64,000 nucleotides of DNA from positions 31,559-95,558 of IMG/VR virus record IMGVR_UViG_2934156241_000001. One strand, given 5' to 3'. This DNA is from a virus (taxonomy: Duplodnaviria; Caudoviricetes). The position numbers were made by a program, and so were the translations under genes. The stretch's first letter is position 1, and every line of letters begins with the position of its first letter. The notes below the pieces were generated by a model, which was not told the origin of the DNA, did not search any database, and worked only from the letters and a program-made list of their open reading frames with translations. Below, one piece after another: positions 27,475-37,746 of the stretch.

Positions 27475-29168
27475 CACGCAAGGAGCTCGTGGCCGCGGCA
27501 ACGCGGTACTCCGTGAGCACGACCAAGGGCGCCACCCAATCCGGGAGCCAGGGCGACCAGGCACGCGCCTGGAGCTTCTACCGCACCCCGGAGGTTCGTT
27601 CCTTCGCGAACTGGATCGGGAACGCGATGAGCGGCGCCCTGCTCTACGCCGGCCGGGCCACGGGCGGTACCGAGATCGAACGCGTCCCGGACGACCACCC
27701 AGCAGCGCAGATCGTCGCGGAGATCGCGGGAGGCCCCCAGGGACAGGCGCAGCTCCTGCGCGAGTACGGGCGGCACCTCGCCGTCGCGGGGGAGGGCTGG
27801 ACCGTCATCCAGCCCTCCGAGAACCGGGCCCCGGACTGGCACGTCGTGTCCGTACTGGAGATGAACCGCAAGGGCACCAACATGGTGGCCACGATCAACG
27901 GGGAGCCGGTCCCCATCCCGGCCACGGAACCCGGCGAGAGCACACCGGAGCTGGCCCCGATCGCGATCCGGGTATGGGACCCCAGCCCCGAGATCTACAT
28001 GAACGCGGACTCCCCAGTCCTCGGGGCCCTCACCGAGCTGGAAGAACTGCGCCTGCTCAGCGCCGCTGTCCGGGCCGTCACCCTGTCCCGCCTCACCGGG
28101 CGGGGCGTCCTCGTCGTCCCCAAGGGAACCCGGTTCCCCACCACCGGCGTCCAGGGCGATGCCGAGGACGACTTGATCGACGTGTTCCTCCAGGTCGCGG
28201 AGACCGCGATCCGCGAGCCGGACAGCGCCGCGGCCACCGTCCCGATCATCCTGGAGGTGCCGGCCGAGATGGTCGGCTCCATCCAGCGCCTGACCTTTGA
28301 GTCTGACTTCGACGAGCTCGCGATCAAGCTGCGCGAGGAGAACATCCGCCGCTTCGCGACCGCCGCAGACATCCCCGCCGAATTCCTCCTCGGCCTCGGC
28401 GACGTCAACCACTGGGGCGTGTGGGGTCTAACTCAGGAGGCCGTGCGCCTCGGGATCGAACCCCGCCTCCAGATCGTCGCCCACGCCTACAGCCGCTACT
28501 GGCTCCAGCCCCTCCTGGAAAGCCAGGGAGTAGCCGACGCAGCCGAGTTCGTCGTGGGAGCTGACACCTCTCCGCTGCGCGTTCGTACGAACCGATCCCA
28601 GACCGCGCTGGAGGTGTTCGACCGAGGCGCGATCAGCGGCCGGGCCCTGCGACGCGAAACCGGATTCGACGAGAGCGATGCCCCCACCCCCGAAGAGACC
28701 GCCAAGCGCGGACGCGAAGAGACGCCGAGCGGCGGAACGGAGACACTGCCCGTGGACGAGACGACCACCGACCCCGACACCCTCCCGGCCTCTGCAACCC
28801 CACCCCCGCCGAGCGCCGGCCTGGTCGCCGCCGCCGACGGCCTGATCTGGGCCGCCCTCTCCGCCGCCGGGGAGAAGCTGCGCCGCACCCCGGCCTGCCC
28901 CCGCTCCCAACGCGCCCAGGCCCGCGAGGTCCAGTCCGCCGAACTCCACACCCTCCTCCGGGTCGAGGCCGTCCAGGTCGAGCAGTGGCGCCTCCTGGAC
29001 GGCGCCTGGTCCCGTATCCCCGAGGTCGCCGGCCGCTACGGCATGGACCCGGAATGCCTGACAACCAGCCTGGACACCTACTGCCGGGAACTGATCGCCG
29101 CCGGCGTCGTCCACAGCTACGACGTCGTACCGGCCGCGATCAGCACCTGCACCGGGGTCGCGGCATGA
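27471..29168 (+). CDS. Portal protein
   Basis: Size and position; Q.RAW.FY..PEV, DSPV, SRL.G.G, AA.VPII, LLG.GD.NHW motifs of cluster-B-type portals. Confidence 0.85.
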   Translation: MTRKELVAAATRYSVSTTKGATQSGSQGDQARAWSFYRTPEVRSFANWIGNAMSGALLYAGRATGGTEIERVPDDHPAAQIVAEIAGGPQGQAQLLREYGRHLAVAGEGWTVIQPSENRAPDWHVVSVLEMNRKGTNMVATINGEPVPIPATEPGESTPELAPIAIRVWDPSPEIYMNADSPVLGALTELEELRLLSAAVRAVTLSRLTGRGVLVVPKGTRFPTTGVQGDAEDDLIDVFLQVAETAIREPDSAAATVPIILEVPAEMVGSIQRLTFESDFDELAIKLREENIRRFATAADIPAEFLLGLGDVNHWGVWGLTQEAVRLGIEPRLQIVAHAYSRYWLQPLLESQGVADAAEFVVGADTSPLRVRTNRSQTALEVFDRGAISGRALRRETGFDESDAPTPEETAKRGREETPSGGTETLPVDETTTDPDTLPASATPPPPSAGLVAAADGLIWAALSAAGEKLRRTPACPRSQRAQAREVQSAELHTLLRVEAVQVEQWRLLDGAWSRIPEVAGRYGMDPECLTTSLDTYCRELIAAGVVHSYDVVPAAISTCTGVAA

Positions 29169-29404
29169 CCGGCGAGGAGCAGCCACAGACCACCGCCCCA
29201 CCGGCCCGCAGCCTGCCCCTGCCCGTCCCCCTGGTCCCCGGGGCGGACTGGCGCGTCGAGTGGTGCACGGCGTGCAAAGCCTGGTCCCGGCTCACCGGCA
29301 GCATCGTGCTCCTCACCCCCGACGGGGTGTCCACCGTCGGCACCTGGGCCTGGTGCGAGATCTGCGACGACCCCACCGACCAGCCGGAGGCCCGCCGTGG
29401 GTAA
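29165..29404 (+). CDS. Small Zn-ribbon-like protein (CxxC x2)
   Basis: WCTAC...WCEIC; ATGA coupling. Confidence 0.7.
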   Translation: MTGEEQPQTTAPPARSLPLPVPLVPGADWRVEWCTACKAWSRLTGSIVLLTPDGVSTVGTWAWCEICDDPTDQPEARRG

Positions 29405-29756
29405 ACCCCTCGACCCGCGCATCGCGCCCATCGGACACAGCGTCTCCGCTCACCGGGCACACGGCTGGTGCTCCCACTGCCCAGACCACACTCCTGTCGG
29501 CGAGGTGATCGCCTGGCGGACCCGCGAGGCCAACCAGCAGGCCGCGAGACACGAGGCAGCGGTACACACGAGCCCCTGGGGTCTGGAGGCCAGCAGCGTG
29601 TCCGGCCTGCGCTGCCCGGCGTGCGGCCTCGACGACCTGACCGTCGTGACCGTCCACGTCGTCACCGACAACGGCCAGGAGGAGGCCGGCGGGTGGGCCG
29701 TCTGCGGGACCTGCCTGACCACCCCCTACCCACGATGGGAGGGCCCCCGTGGCTGA
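29397..29756 (+). CDS. Small Zn-ribbon-like protein (CxxC x3)
   Basis: WCSHC, CPAC, CGTC; GGAGG RBS. Confidence 0.7.
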   Translation: MGKPLDPRIAPIGHSVSAHRAHGWCSHCPDHTPVGEVIAWRTREANQQAARHEAAVHTSPWGLEASSVSGLRCPACGLDDLTVVTVHVVTDNGQEEAGGWAVCGTCLTTPYPRWEGPRG

Positions 29757-32700
29757 CGGACAGGACATCCTTGCCGTAGCCGAGGAAGACGTCGCCGCGG
29801 AGGTCGCAGGCATCCTCACCGAGGTGGCCACGGAGTACGCGGACTCCTTGGAGACGGCCACCGACCTGGTCGCGGCCCGGTTCTCCGTGGCCCGTATCGC
29901 GTCCATGTGGAGCGCCCTCGTGCCGCGCCTGGTGCGCCGCCTCCTGGGCGTGGGAGAGACCGCTGCCACCACGGCGGCCGACGACGTCGACCTGGAGCTG
30001 CCGGACGGCTGGAACGGCCTCCCCGACCGCTATGACGACGGCACGATCCCTCCGCAGCTCCGTGGCTACGTCCGGGACACCGAGCGCCTGCTCCACAGCG
30101 TCGGCGACCGCCTCGCCGCCGTGGCCATCCGTGAACTCGGGGCCGGTGTGGACGCGGGGGAAACCATCGACCAGCTGCGGGCCCGGCTCCTCGCCGTGTT
30201 CGCGCGCGAGGGGGCGCAGCTCGGGCAGGGCCGGCAGGAGCGCATCGCCCGCACGGAAGCCGTCCGCGCGTGGAACGCCGCCACCCTGGCCGCCGGCCAG
30301 GCCCTCACCGGCCCAGACCGCCCCCTGGTCAAACAGTGGCTCACCAGCCGGGACAGATTCGTACGGGACGCCCACGCGAAGGTTGACGGCCAGCTGCGCC
30401 TGCTCGACGAGCCGTTCACCGTCGCCGGGGTGTCCATGACCGCCCCCGGCGATCCGACAGCCCCGCCCGAACTGGTCATTCAGTGCCGCTGCACCCTGGC
30501 GCTTGCCCACGCGGAGCGGGCCGCAGCCTTCGAATCTCAGACGCCCGTCGGGCGGCAACTTAACGATCCAAGGAAGGAGCCGGGTATGGCTGACCTCGTG
30601 ACGGCCGCCGCTGACAGCACCCAGCACACCGGCGCGATGATCGCGCTCGTCCCGACCGAGCAGGACGCCGAGCGCCTGGCCATCGAGGGCGGCGAGACCG
30701 CCGGCGAACTGCACCTGACCCTCTTCTACCTCGGAGAGGGCGCCGACTGGTCCGAGGAGCAGCGCAACGACCTGATCAGCAGAGTCCAGGCACGCGCCGC
30801 CGACCTGCGCCCCTTCACCACCCAGGCATTCGGCGCCTCCCACTGGAACGCCGGCAGCGACAGCCCCTCATGGGTGTGGTCCGTCGGAGACGACCGAGAC
30901 CGCGACACGGACGCAACCACGCTGTCCGTCGCCCACTGGGAAGCCACCTACGCCCTGGAAGACGGCCACAACGACCCGGACCTCCCCACCCAACACACCC
31001 CCTGGGTGGCCCACGTATGTGCCGCGTACTCCGACGACCCTGCCCTTCTGCCGGAGCTGGAGGCGCGGCTCGGCCCCATCACCTTCGACCGGGTCCGCCT
31101 GGCGTTCGCCGGCGAGCACACGGACATCCCCCTCGGCCCCCAGGAGGAGCCCATGGAACCCGACGAGACCACCGCCGACGGCATGCCGACCCGCGCCTGG
31201 TCCACCCCCGACGACACCGCCCTCGCGTTCGAGAACGAAGAGACCGGCGACGGCAGGATCTTCGCGTCCGGCTCCCTGTACTGGGACAACGACCCGGCCC
31301 CGCTCCAGTACGCCGACGAAATGCTCATGGGCCACGAGGGCGCGGAACTCGCCGGCAGCATCGACGGGTTCGCCCGGGACGGCGACCGCATCACCGGTAA
31401 GGGCGTGCTCTACACCAGCCGCCCCGCCGGAGCCGACGCCGCGACGCTCCTCGAGGAAGGCGCACCCCTCGGCGTGTCCGTCGACCTGGACGACGTCGAC
31501 GTCGAATTCGTCGACCGCACCATCGGCGAGGACCAGGACGGGCCCGTGGTCCTGTCCGCGTCCCTGCCATCCGCGAGCGTCATGCGCCTGGCGGACGGGG
31601 CATGGATGATCAACGCCAGTGCCGTCGCGGAGTGGACGGCATCCGGCAGCGCCCTGTCCCGGACACGGCACTCCATGCAGCTCATCACCAGCCCCACCGG
31701 ACACGTGCCCGCCCAGGCCGTGCGCGCGGCGCTCGACAGCACCGGGCTGCTCACCGCAGCAGCCGGAGACCCGGACAACGTCGAGGGCGGCGTCGTCGTC
31801 CACTCCGAGAAGACCGGCGACTTCCTGCTCCGGATCACCAGGGGGCGGGTGCGCGGAGCGACGCTCGTCGCGATGCCGGCGTACAGCCGTGCCCGCATCG
31901 TCCTGGACCCCACCGACGAGGGGGTAGAGGAACGCGCCGCGGCCATGACCACGGTGGCCGCCCTGATCGCCGCGTCCCCAGGTGATGACCACTGGCGCGT
32001 CGTCAACTACGTGACCGCGTCCCCTGTCGCGGTCGGCGCCCGGGACGTGGCCGCCGCCCTGAAGATCTCGATGCAGGCAGCGCGCGGCCACCTGACCCGG
32101 GCAGCAGAGGCCGGCCCTCTCGTGCACCTCGGCCGCGGCCTGCACGTCGGCTCGACCCCCCGCCCGGAAGGGGACGAGGTGACAGCTGCAGCCCTCCCGG
32201 CGGACGACGAGGACCCGGCGCTCCAGGACCTCGTCGCGTCGGCCTGGACGGCGATGCAGGACCTGCCGCCAATGCCCGCCGGCTGGTTCAAGGAGCCCAC
32301 CGACGAGGAACTGCCCCCCGGCTCCGGCGGCGTGCACTACTCCAAGGGCCGCGTCTACGGGTGGGTCGTCCCGTCCGGAGAACCTCACGCCGGGATGCCT
32401 GGGAGGAACCTGACGATCGAGTCGCTGGGAGACGTCGACTTCACCCACTTCCTGCGGCAGCGCTTCCTGCTGGATGACGGCACGTACGTCAAGGCCGGCG
32501 CCTTCACGATGGGGGTGGGGCACCACAGGGACGGCGCGGAATGTGAGACGGCAGCCTGCCAGTTCGACAACAGTCGCACCGTCGGGGCGATCGTGGCTGT
32601 GGGCATGAACGAGGGCGGCATGTGGTTCTCCGGAGCCTCGGGCCCGTGGCTGTCGGAATGGGACGTCCGTACCTTCCTGACCTGCCAGGCCAGCTACCAC

Positions 32701-33162
32701 ATGAAGCAGGCAGCGGGCGGCAGGTGGCAACTGCGTGCGGTGCTGTCCGTACCCGTGCCAGGACACTCCTCGCCCCTGCTCGCCTCCGTGGTCGAGCGGT
32801 CGAACCTCGCACTCACCGCAGCAGCGGCCAGGGGGCAGCACCGCCCAGACACGCTGTCCGGACACCACCCGGACACGGCGGATATCTTGTCCGCCGCCGT
32901 GTCCGGACAGCGGACGTCCACTGCTGGTGACCTGCCCGGACACCGCCCGGACACCGCGTCCGGGGAGGTAGTGGAGGCCTTCGCCGCGCTGCTCACCAGC
33001 CCGGCTTTCCTTGACCGATTCACCAACGCTCTGGAGCGCCGGGAGACCGAGCGCGCCAAGGAGCACCGCGCGGAGGTCGAGCGGCTCATGGCAGCCGTCG
33101 CCCCCGCCCGCCATGAACTCGCCGCCAGCACGGCCGGCACCACCGAGAAAGGACACGCGTAA
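29749..33162 (+). CDS. MuF-like head morphogenesis / 2H phosphoesterase / capsid maturation protease fusion
   Basis: RIARTE..KQW...D..VR..H...DGQ...PGDP....IQCRC (MuF); LHLTL and AHVC (2H); ETGDGR..H..A..GVSVDLDD..GATLV..PAY (protease). Confidence 0.8.
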   Translation: MADGQDILAVAEEDVAAEVAGILTEVATEYADSLETATDLVAARFSVARIASMWSALVPRLVRRLLGVGETAATTAADDVDLELPDGWNGLPDRYDDGTIPPQLRGYVRDTERLLHSVGDRLAAVAIRELGAGVDAGETIDQLRARLLAVFAREGAQLGQGRQERIARTEAVRAWNAATLAAGQALTGPDRPLVKQWLTSRDRFVRDAHAKVDGQLRLLDEPFTVAGVSMTAPGDPTAPPELVIQCRCTLALAHAERAAAFESQTPVGRQLNDPRKEPGMADLVTAAADSTQHTGAMIALVPTEQDAERLAIEGGETAGELHLTLFYLGEGADWSEEQRNDLISRVQARAADLRPFTTQAFGASHWNAGSDSPSWVWSVGDDRDRDTDATTLSVAHWEATYALEDGHNDPDLPTQHTPWVAHVCAAYSDDPALLPELEARLGPITFDRVRLAFAGEHTDIPLGPQEEPMEPDETTADGMPTRAWSTPDDTALAFENEETGDGRIFASGSLYWDNDPAPLQYADEMLMGHEGAELAGSIDGFARDGDRITGKGVLYTSRPAGADAATLLEEGAPLGVSVDLDDVDVEFVDRTIGEDQDGPVVLSASLPSASVMRLADGAWMINASAVAEWTASGSALSRTRHSMQLITSPTGHVPAQAVRAALDSTGLLTAAAGDPDNVEGGVVVHSEKTGDFLLRITRGRVRGATLVAMPAYSRARIVLDPTDEGVEERAAAMTTVAALIAASPGDDHWRVVNYVTASPVAVGARDVAAALKISMQAARGHLTRAAEAGPLVHLGRGLHVGSTPRPEGDEVTAAALPADDEDPALQDLVASAWTAMQDLPPMPAGWFKEPTDEELPPGSGGVHYSKGRVYGWVVPSGEPHAGMPGRNLTIESLGDVDFTHFLRQRFLLDDGTYVKAGAFTMGVGHHRDGAECETAACQFDNSRTVGAIVAVGMNEGGMWFSGASGPWLSEWDVRTFLTCQASYHMKQAAGGRWQLRAVLSVPVPGHSSPLLASVVERSNLALTAAAARGQHRPDTLSGHHPDTADILSAAVSGQRTSTAGDLPGHRPDTASGEVVEAFAALLTSPAFLDRFTNALERRETERAKEHRAEVERLMAAVAPARHELAASTAGTTEKGHA
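32845..32963. repeat. TGTCCGGACA/CCGGACAC repeat cluster 3 (inside coding sequence)
   Basis: ctgtccggacaccacccggacac...gtgtccggaca...cccggacaccgcccggacacc. Confidence 0.8.
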
Positions 33163-33338
33163 TGGCCTGCGCCTGCAAGAACAATCGTCAGAAGTTCGCA
33201 GTCTTCGCCGATGGGGGGAAGGGGAAGAGGCTGTTCGGCCCGATTGCCTCCGAAGCCACGTGCCTCATCGCTGCCAAGCGGTACTCGGGCAGCAAGGTCA
33301 TGGAAGTGGACAAGTCCGGTCGGCCGATCGAGAAGTGA
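33162..33338 (+). CDS. Small basic protein (MACACK...)
   Basis: TAATG coupling and GAAAGGA RBS; 58 aa. Confidence 0.7.
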   Translation: MACACKNNRQKFAVFADGGKGKRLFGPIASEATCLIAAKRYSGSKVMEVDKSGRPIEK

Positions 33339-33425
33339 GGCCTGCTCGGGGGCGGGACGCGCCGCGAGCCCTCCCGCCCCCGGCCACGCGCGCCTGTCAC
33401 CAGCCCACCCCACCAGGTGTCGGGC

Positions 33426-33467
33426 TAAGATTCCCCGCAGCAGACGACTGATGGTTCTGGGCCTGGC
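33426..33467 (+). promoter_or_regulatory. Late-gene motif copy 1 (before capsid)
   Basis: TAAGAT 33426; gatggttctgggcctggc 33450-33467. Confidence 0.65.
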
Positions 33468-33497
33468 GTCTCCAAGAAGTTTTTGGAGATCCGGTCC

Positions 33498-35144
33498 ATG
33501 GACCCGTTCGAGCTCCCCGACGACATCACCGCCCTGAACGATGAGGAGCTGGCCCAGGCCCTCGACGGCGCGGTCAGCGCCTTCGACGCCGCATCCAACT
33601 CCAGCACCATCACGAACGATGACCTGGAGCGCCTGCGCTCGCTGGCCACGGGCGTCGACAACATCCGCCAGGAGCAGGCCTCCCGGCTCTCTGCCGCCGA
33701 AGCAGCCGCAGCGGAGATCGACACCCTTGCCGCGCAGGTTCGCGGCCTCCCGGCCGAGGACGCCAACGACCCGGCCGACGAAGGCACCGGCGAGCCCGAG
33801 GCGGCCGCGGCCGCCGAGCCGGCCGAACCTGCGCCTGTGGCGGAGGAGCCCGTCACCGCCGCCGCGTCCGGTGCTCGCCGCCCGGCCCTGGACCTGTCCG
33901 GTGTACGCCGGCGGGCGCCGCGCGTCCTGCCTCCGGACCTCAACCCGCGCCCGGAGCTCACCGCGTCCGTCGACGTCCCCGGCTACCAGCCGGGCCAGCC
34001 CCTGGACATGGCCGGTGTCACCGAGGGCATTATCCGCCGCGCCAACGCGCTGAAGACGGCCGGCGGCGGTGTGGGCCTGACCGCGTCCTACCGGCTGCCG
34101 TTCCAGAAGGAACTGATCGTCAACGACAGCTCCTCCGGTACGGAGGGCACCCGGGCCGTGGTCCTGGCCTCCGACCAGTCCCGCCTCAAGGGCGGCAACC
34201 TGGTTGCATCCGGCGGCTGGTGTGCCCCGTCCGAGACGGTCTACGACCTGACGAACATGTCCTGCCCGGAAATGCTGTGGGACCTCCCGGAGATCCAGCT
34301 CGCACGCGGCGGTCTCCGGTTCTTCCCGATGCCGTCCCTCGACGTCGGCGCGATGACGTTCGTCCACACCGAGGCCGACGACATCAGCGGCGCGGTCAAG
34401 CCGTGCTACGCGATCCCGTGCCCGGAGCCCGTCGAGGTGCGGTGTGACGCCGTCGGTGCCTGCCTCTCCTCCGGCATCCTGACCCAGCGGCATTTCCCGG
34501 AACTCGTCCTGCATTACCAGAACCTCGCGATGGTCGCGCACGAGATCCGCATCCGGCAGCAGCTGTTCGCCCAGGCACTCGCCGCGTCCACCCCCGTCAC
34601 CCTCGCTGGGACGTTCGGGGCGTTCTCCGCGATCTTCGCGGCCGTCGCCCTCCAGGCCGCGGACATGACGGAGCGCCTGTCCCTGTGTGCCGGCATCGAC
34701 ATCGAGGTCGTGTTCCCGTGGTGGGCGAAGGCCATGTTCCTCGCGGACATCGCCCGCCAGAACGGCGTGAGCTGCGCGGACATCAACGTCTCCTGCATCA
34801 CCAACGCGTTCGCCGAGATCGGCGTGTCCGTCCAGTGGGCGCGCGGCCTCAACCCGGCCGTCCCGGCCGAGATCGGCGGCGCCGACGCGGCCACCGCCTG
34901 GCCGTCCAACGTCCCGTTCCTGATCTACCCGACCGGCACGTTCGAGGCCGGACGCGGCGGAGAGATCAGCCTCGGCGTGATCCACGACTCCACCAAGTTC
35001 CAGACGAACGACTACACCGCCCTCTTCACGGAGGAGTGCGTCGCGCTGATCGCCCGGAACCACGAGGCCCGCATCGTCACCGTGCCGGTCTGCGCCGACG
35101 GCCGTACCGGCGAGCAGCTCGGCATCGACTGCCCGATCGCCTGA
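33498..35144 (+). CDS. Major capsid (hexamer-type) protein with acidic N-terminal scaffold region
   Basis: LVASGGWCAPSETVYDL, RGGLRF, LGVIHDS....NDY..F.EE. Confidence 0.88.
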   Translation: MDPFELPDDITALNDEELAQALDGAVSAFDAASNSSTITNDDLERLRSLATGVDNIRQEQASRLSAAEAAAAEIDTLAAQVRGLPAEDANDPADEGTGEPEAAAAAEPAEPAPVAEEPVTAAASGARRPALDLSGVRRRAPRVLPPDLNPRPELTASVDVPGYQPGQPLDMAGVTEGIIRRANALKTAGGGVGLTASYRLPFQKELIVNDSSSGTEGTRAVVLASDQSRLKGGNLVASGGWCAPSETVYDLTNMSCPEMLWDLPEIQLARGGLRFFPMPSLDVGAMTFVHTEADDISGAVKPCYAIPCPEPVEVRCDAVGACLSSGILTQRHFPELVLHYQNLAMVAHEIRIRQQLFAQALAASTPVTLAGTFGAFSAIFAAVALQAADMTERLSLCAGIDIEVVFPWWAKAMFLADIARQNGVSCADINVSCITNAFAEIGVSVQWARGLNPAVPAEIGGADAATAWPSNVPFLIYPTGTFEAGRGGEISLGVIHDSTKFQTNDYTALFTEECVALIARNHEARIVTVPVCADGRTGEQLGIDCPIA

Positions 35145-35160
35145 CCCGCCACCCCCACCA

Positions 35161-35199
35161 CCGTGCTGGGCCCGTGACCTGAACACGGGCCCAGCACGG
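35161..35199 (+). terminator. Hairpin after capsid gene
   Basis: ccgtgctgggcccgtg-acctgaa-cacgggcccagcacgg. Confidence 0.75.
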
Positions 35200-35298
35200 C
35201 CCGCTTGCGTACTGACTGGAGGTGGCCGATGCCCGCCCTACCTGATGTGTCCCCACGAGCGGCCCCCGGCCGCCACCCCGGCCAGGGGGTGAACTGAC

Positions 35299-36141
35299 GT
35301 GGCCACGATGCGCAGCGCGGTCGAAGCCATCCCGGGCACCCCGCTGCCTCACGGCATCCTCGGTGCCTCCTGCACCACCATCACCGACATCACAGAAGAC
35401 CGCATCCACGAACTGAACGGCGTGGAGTGGCTCGCGATGGGCTGCTGCCCCGTACAGGACTGGGTCGACCCCTGCACCCTGGACCCCGAGGAGTCCCCGG
35501 GCGCCCCGCAGCAGAAAGTGTTCTGCCGGCCGACGATCGAGCACGCCGCCCCGATCACCGTGTACGCCGGCGCTGAGTGCTCGGCCCTCGGCTGGTCCTA
35601 CGAGGAGGCCCGCGAACACGCAGAGGCCACCCTCGCCCTCGGGGAGCAGCAGGCACTGGAAGCCGCCTTCTGGCGCGACAAGCTCGCGATGCAGGCCGCC
35701 GACCTCACCCCGGCCGCCGGCCCCGTCAGCGTCGCCCAGGGCGTCGCCGCCCTGGAGGGCTGCCTCGCAGAGACGTACGGCGGTGTCGGAACCCTCCACG
35801 TCCCCGCCGGCGCCGCGGCCCTCCTCGGCTGCTGCAACGTCCTCCGAGAGGACCCGGAGACCGGCAACCTGCGCACCCTCGCCGGGAACTGCGCAGTCAT
35901 CGGCGCCGGATACAGCGCCCTCAACACCGGCCCCGGCAACGTCCCGGCCGACCCCGGCACCGCCTGGCTATACATCACCGGCCCCCTCGTGATCCGCCGA
36001 GGCCCCGCAGACACCGTCCCGACCCAGCCCGGCCCCTCCGTCAACTACCGGACCAACGACCGCAGAGTGCTCGTCGAACGGACCTACGTGGTCGGGACGA
36101 CCTGCACCGTCTGCGCCGTGAACGTCGAGGTGTGCGCGTGA
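35299..36141 (+). CDS. Minor capsid / pentamer-type capsid protein
   Basis: PITVYAG..CS, L.LGEQ.ALE.AFW, GVAALE, WLYITG.L.IRR, N....VERTY; follows the capsid gene. Confidence 0.7.
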   Translation: MATMRSAVEAIPGTPLPHGILGASCTTITDITEDRIHELNGVEWLAMGCCPVQDWVDPCTLDPEESPGAPQQKVFCRPTIEHAAPITVYAGAECSALGWSYEEAREHAEATLALGEQQALEAAFWRDKLAMQAADLTPAAGPVSVAQGVAALEGCLAETYGGVGTLHVPAGAAALLGCCNVLREDPETGNLRTLAGNCAVIGAGYSALNTGPGNVPADPGTAWLYITGPLVIRRGPADTVPTQPGPSVNYRTNDRRVLVERTYVVGTTCTVCAVNVEVCA

Positions 36142-36836
36142 ACGACATGATCGAGATCCAGCCCGCACCGGAGAAGCGACGCGCCTTCGCCCAGTGGGCC
36201 GTCGAGCAGGTGCCGAAGCTGCGCACCGTCAGCACCCACGCATTCACCGTCCCCGCCAACGCCTTCGCCGAGGCACCGGAGGACATTCTGATCGGGGCAC
36301 TGGTCGACGGGCGCCGGTACGTATCCCCTGTCGAGGACGCTGCCGCCGGCCGCCCCGCCCCGGGCGCCGACGGAGCGCGGCTGCTGGACTGCGGCCTGTG
36401 CTACGAGGAGGACGGGCAGGAAGTCCACCCGCACCCCCTGTGCCCGGAGACCACTGCACTCGACGGGCAGCAGGCAGACGCGGACGCCGCGGCCATGGTT
36501 GCAGCGACCTCCGACGAGACGATCGCGGCCGCTATGGGCGCTGTCCTGCTCGCGACCGACGTTGCGGCGTCCAACGCCGCCAAGGCAGACGGCGGCCTCG
36601 TCCTGGACCAGGACCTGCCAGATGTTCCGGAGGCCGACTACGGCCCGGACGCCGTACAGCCCCCGACTCCGGAGGGCAGCGAGCTGCCGGCACCGGACCC
36701 CACCGAGCCCCATGCCGAGGTGCCCGACGGCGTTTTCCCGTGTGGTCTCCCCGACTGCGACCGGGAATTCACGACCGAGCGGGGCCGGGACCTCCACCGC
36801 CGCGCCAAGCACCCGGAGGCCCCCGATGCCGGTTGA
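36138..36836 (+). CDS. Hypothetical protein with C-terminal C2H2-like finger
   Basis: GTGA coupling; FPC...C.REF...G...H...H. Confidence 0.7.
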   Translation: MNDMIEIQPAPEKRRAFAQWAVEQVPKLRTVSTHAFTVPANAFAEAPEDILIGALVDGRRYVSPVEDAAAGRPAPGADGARLLDCGLCYEEDGQEVHPHPLCPETTALDGQQADADAAAMVAATSDETIAAAMGAVLLATDVAASNAAKADGGLVLDQDLPDVPEADYGPDAVQPPTPEGSELPAPDPTEPHAEVPDGVFPCGLPDCDREFTTERGRDLHRRAKHPEAPDAG

Positions 36837-37746
36837 GCCGGTCCCCTGCGCACCGGGAGGCGGCGGAGGCGGCGACCCGAGCCCGTCCTGCTGCGCCCCG
36901 TCCATCACGTCGGTGCCGCTGTGCCAGGAGGACGGCACCCCGCTGCTCCTCGTCCTGCGCTCGGCCTGTGCCTGCGACAGCGCGGAGGCGACGGACCCGG
37001 AGGTCGCGGGCTGGATCGATCCAGCCACCGGCACCTACACCCCGGGGCCGGCCCCGGCCGGTGCCGGGCCCTGTCCGTCGAGCGACTGCGCGTCCGTCAC
37101 CGTGCTGCGCCTGTGCGACAGCACCCCGGACGGCGACTGCCTGCCGTTCCTGCGGCACCTCGTCCATGACTGCGACGGCACGGTCACCGCCTCCACCGAC
37201 ACCGCCACGGACGGCACCACGCCGTACACCGTGGTCGGGGAGCCCATCGACTGCGACGACTGCCCGTGCACGGACGCCATCAAGATCCTGCCGCTGTGCG
37301 ACTACCAACTCGACGGCACCAGCGTCCAGTTCCTGCGTCACCTGACGTATGAGTGCGCGACCGGCACCGTGACGGGGCAGGTCGACACCACCCTCGACGG
37401 CTCCACCCCGTACGCCCCGACCGGCGAGATCGAGGAGTGCGGGCAGTGCCGCCCTGCCCAGATGTGCCCGCAGCTCCTCGGCCTGTCAGGGCCGGAGACC
37501 TGGGCCATGCCCGAGGGCACCGAGTCCCTCGCCGTCACCGTGGCCTGCGGGCCAGTCACCGTCACGGACTGCGCAGGGAACGCAACTGTCATCGCGGAAT
37601 GCGGGACCGCGTTCTCCTGGGCTGCACCCCCGACCGGTACATGTGAACCGGCGGCTCTCTGCTCCCCCTTCACCGTGGATGTTCCCGAGGGTGCTGCGGT
37701 CTACATCAACTTCGTGAGCCCCTGCGCTATGGGAGACGTCTCGTGA
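36826..37746 (+). CDS. Cys-rich scaffold-repeat protein, short paralog of the 2672-aa protein
   Basis: LCD...FLRHL..DC.G.V....DT..DG.TPY repeats. Confidence 0.85.
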   Translation: MPVEPVPCAPGGGGGGDPSPSCCAPSITSVPLCQEDGTPLLLVLRSACACDSAEATDPEVAGWIDPATGTYTPGPAPAGAGPCPSSDCASVTVLRLCDSTPDGDCLPFLRHLVHDCDGTVTASTDTATDGTTPYTVVGEPIDCDDCPCTDAIKILPLCDYQLDGTSVQFLRHLTYECATGTVTGQVDTTLDGSTPYAPTGEIEECGQCRPAQMCPQLLGLSGPETWAMPEGTESLAVTVACGPVTVTDCAGNATVIAECGTAFSWAAPPTGTCEPAALCSPFTVDVPEGAAVYINFVSPCAMGDVS

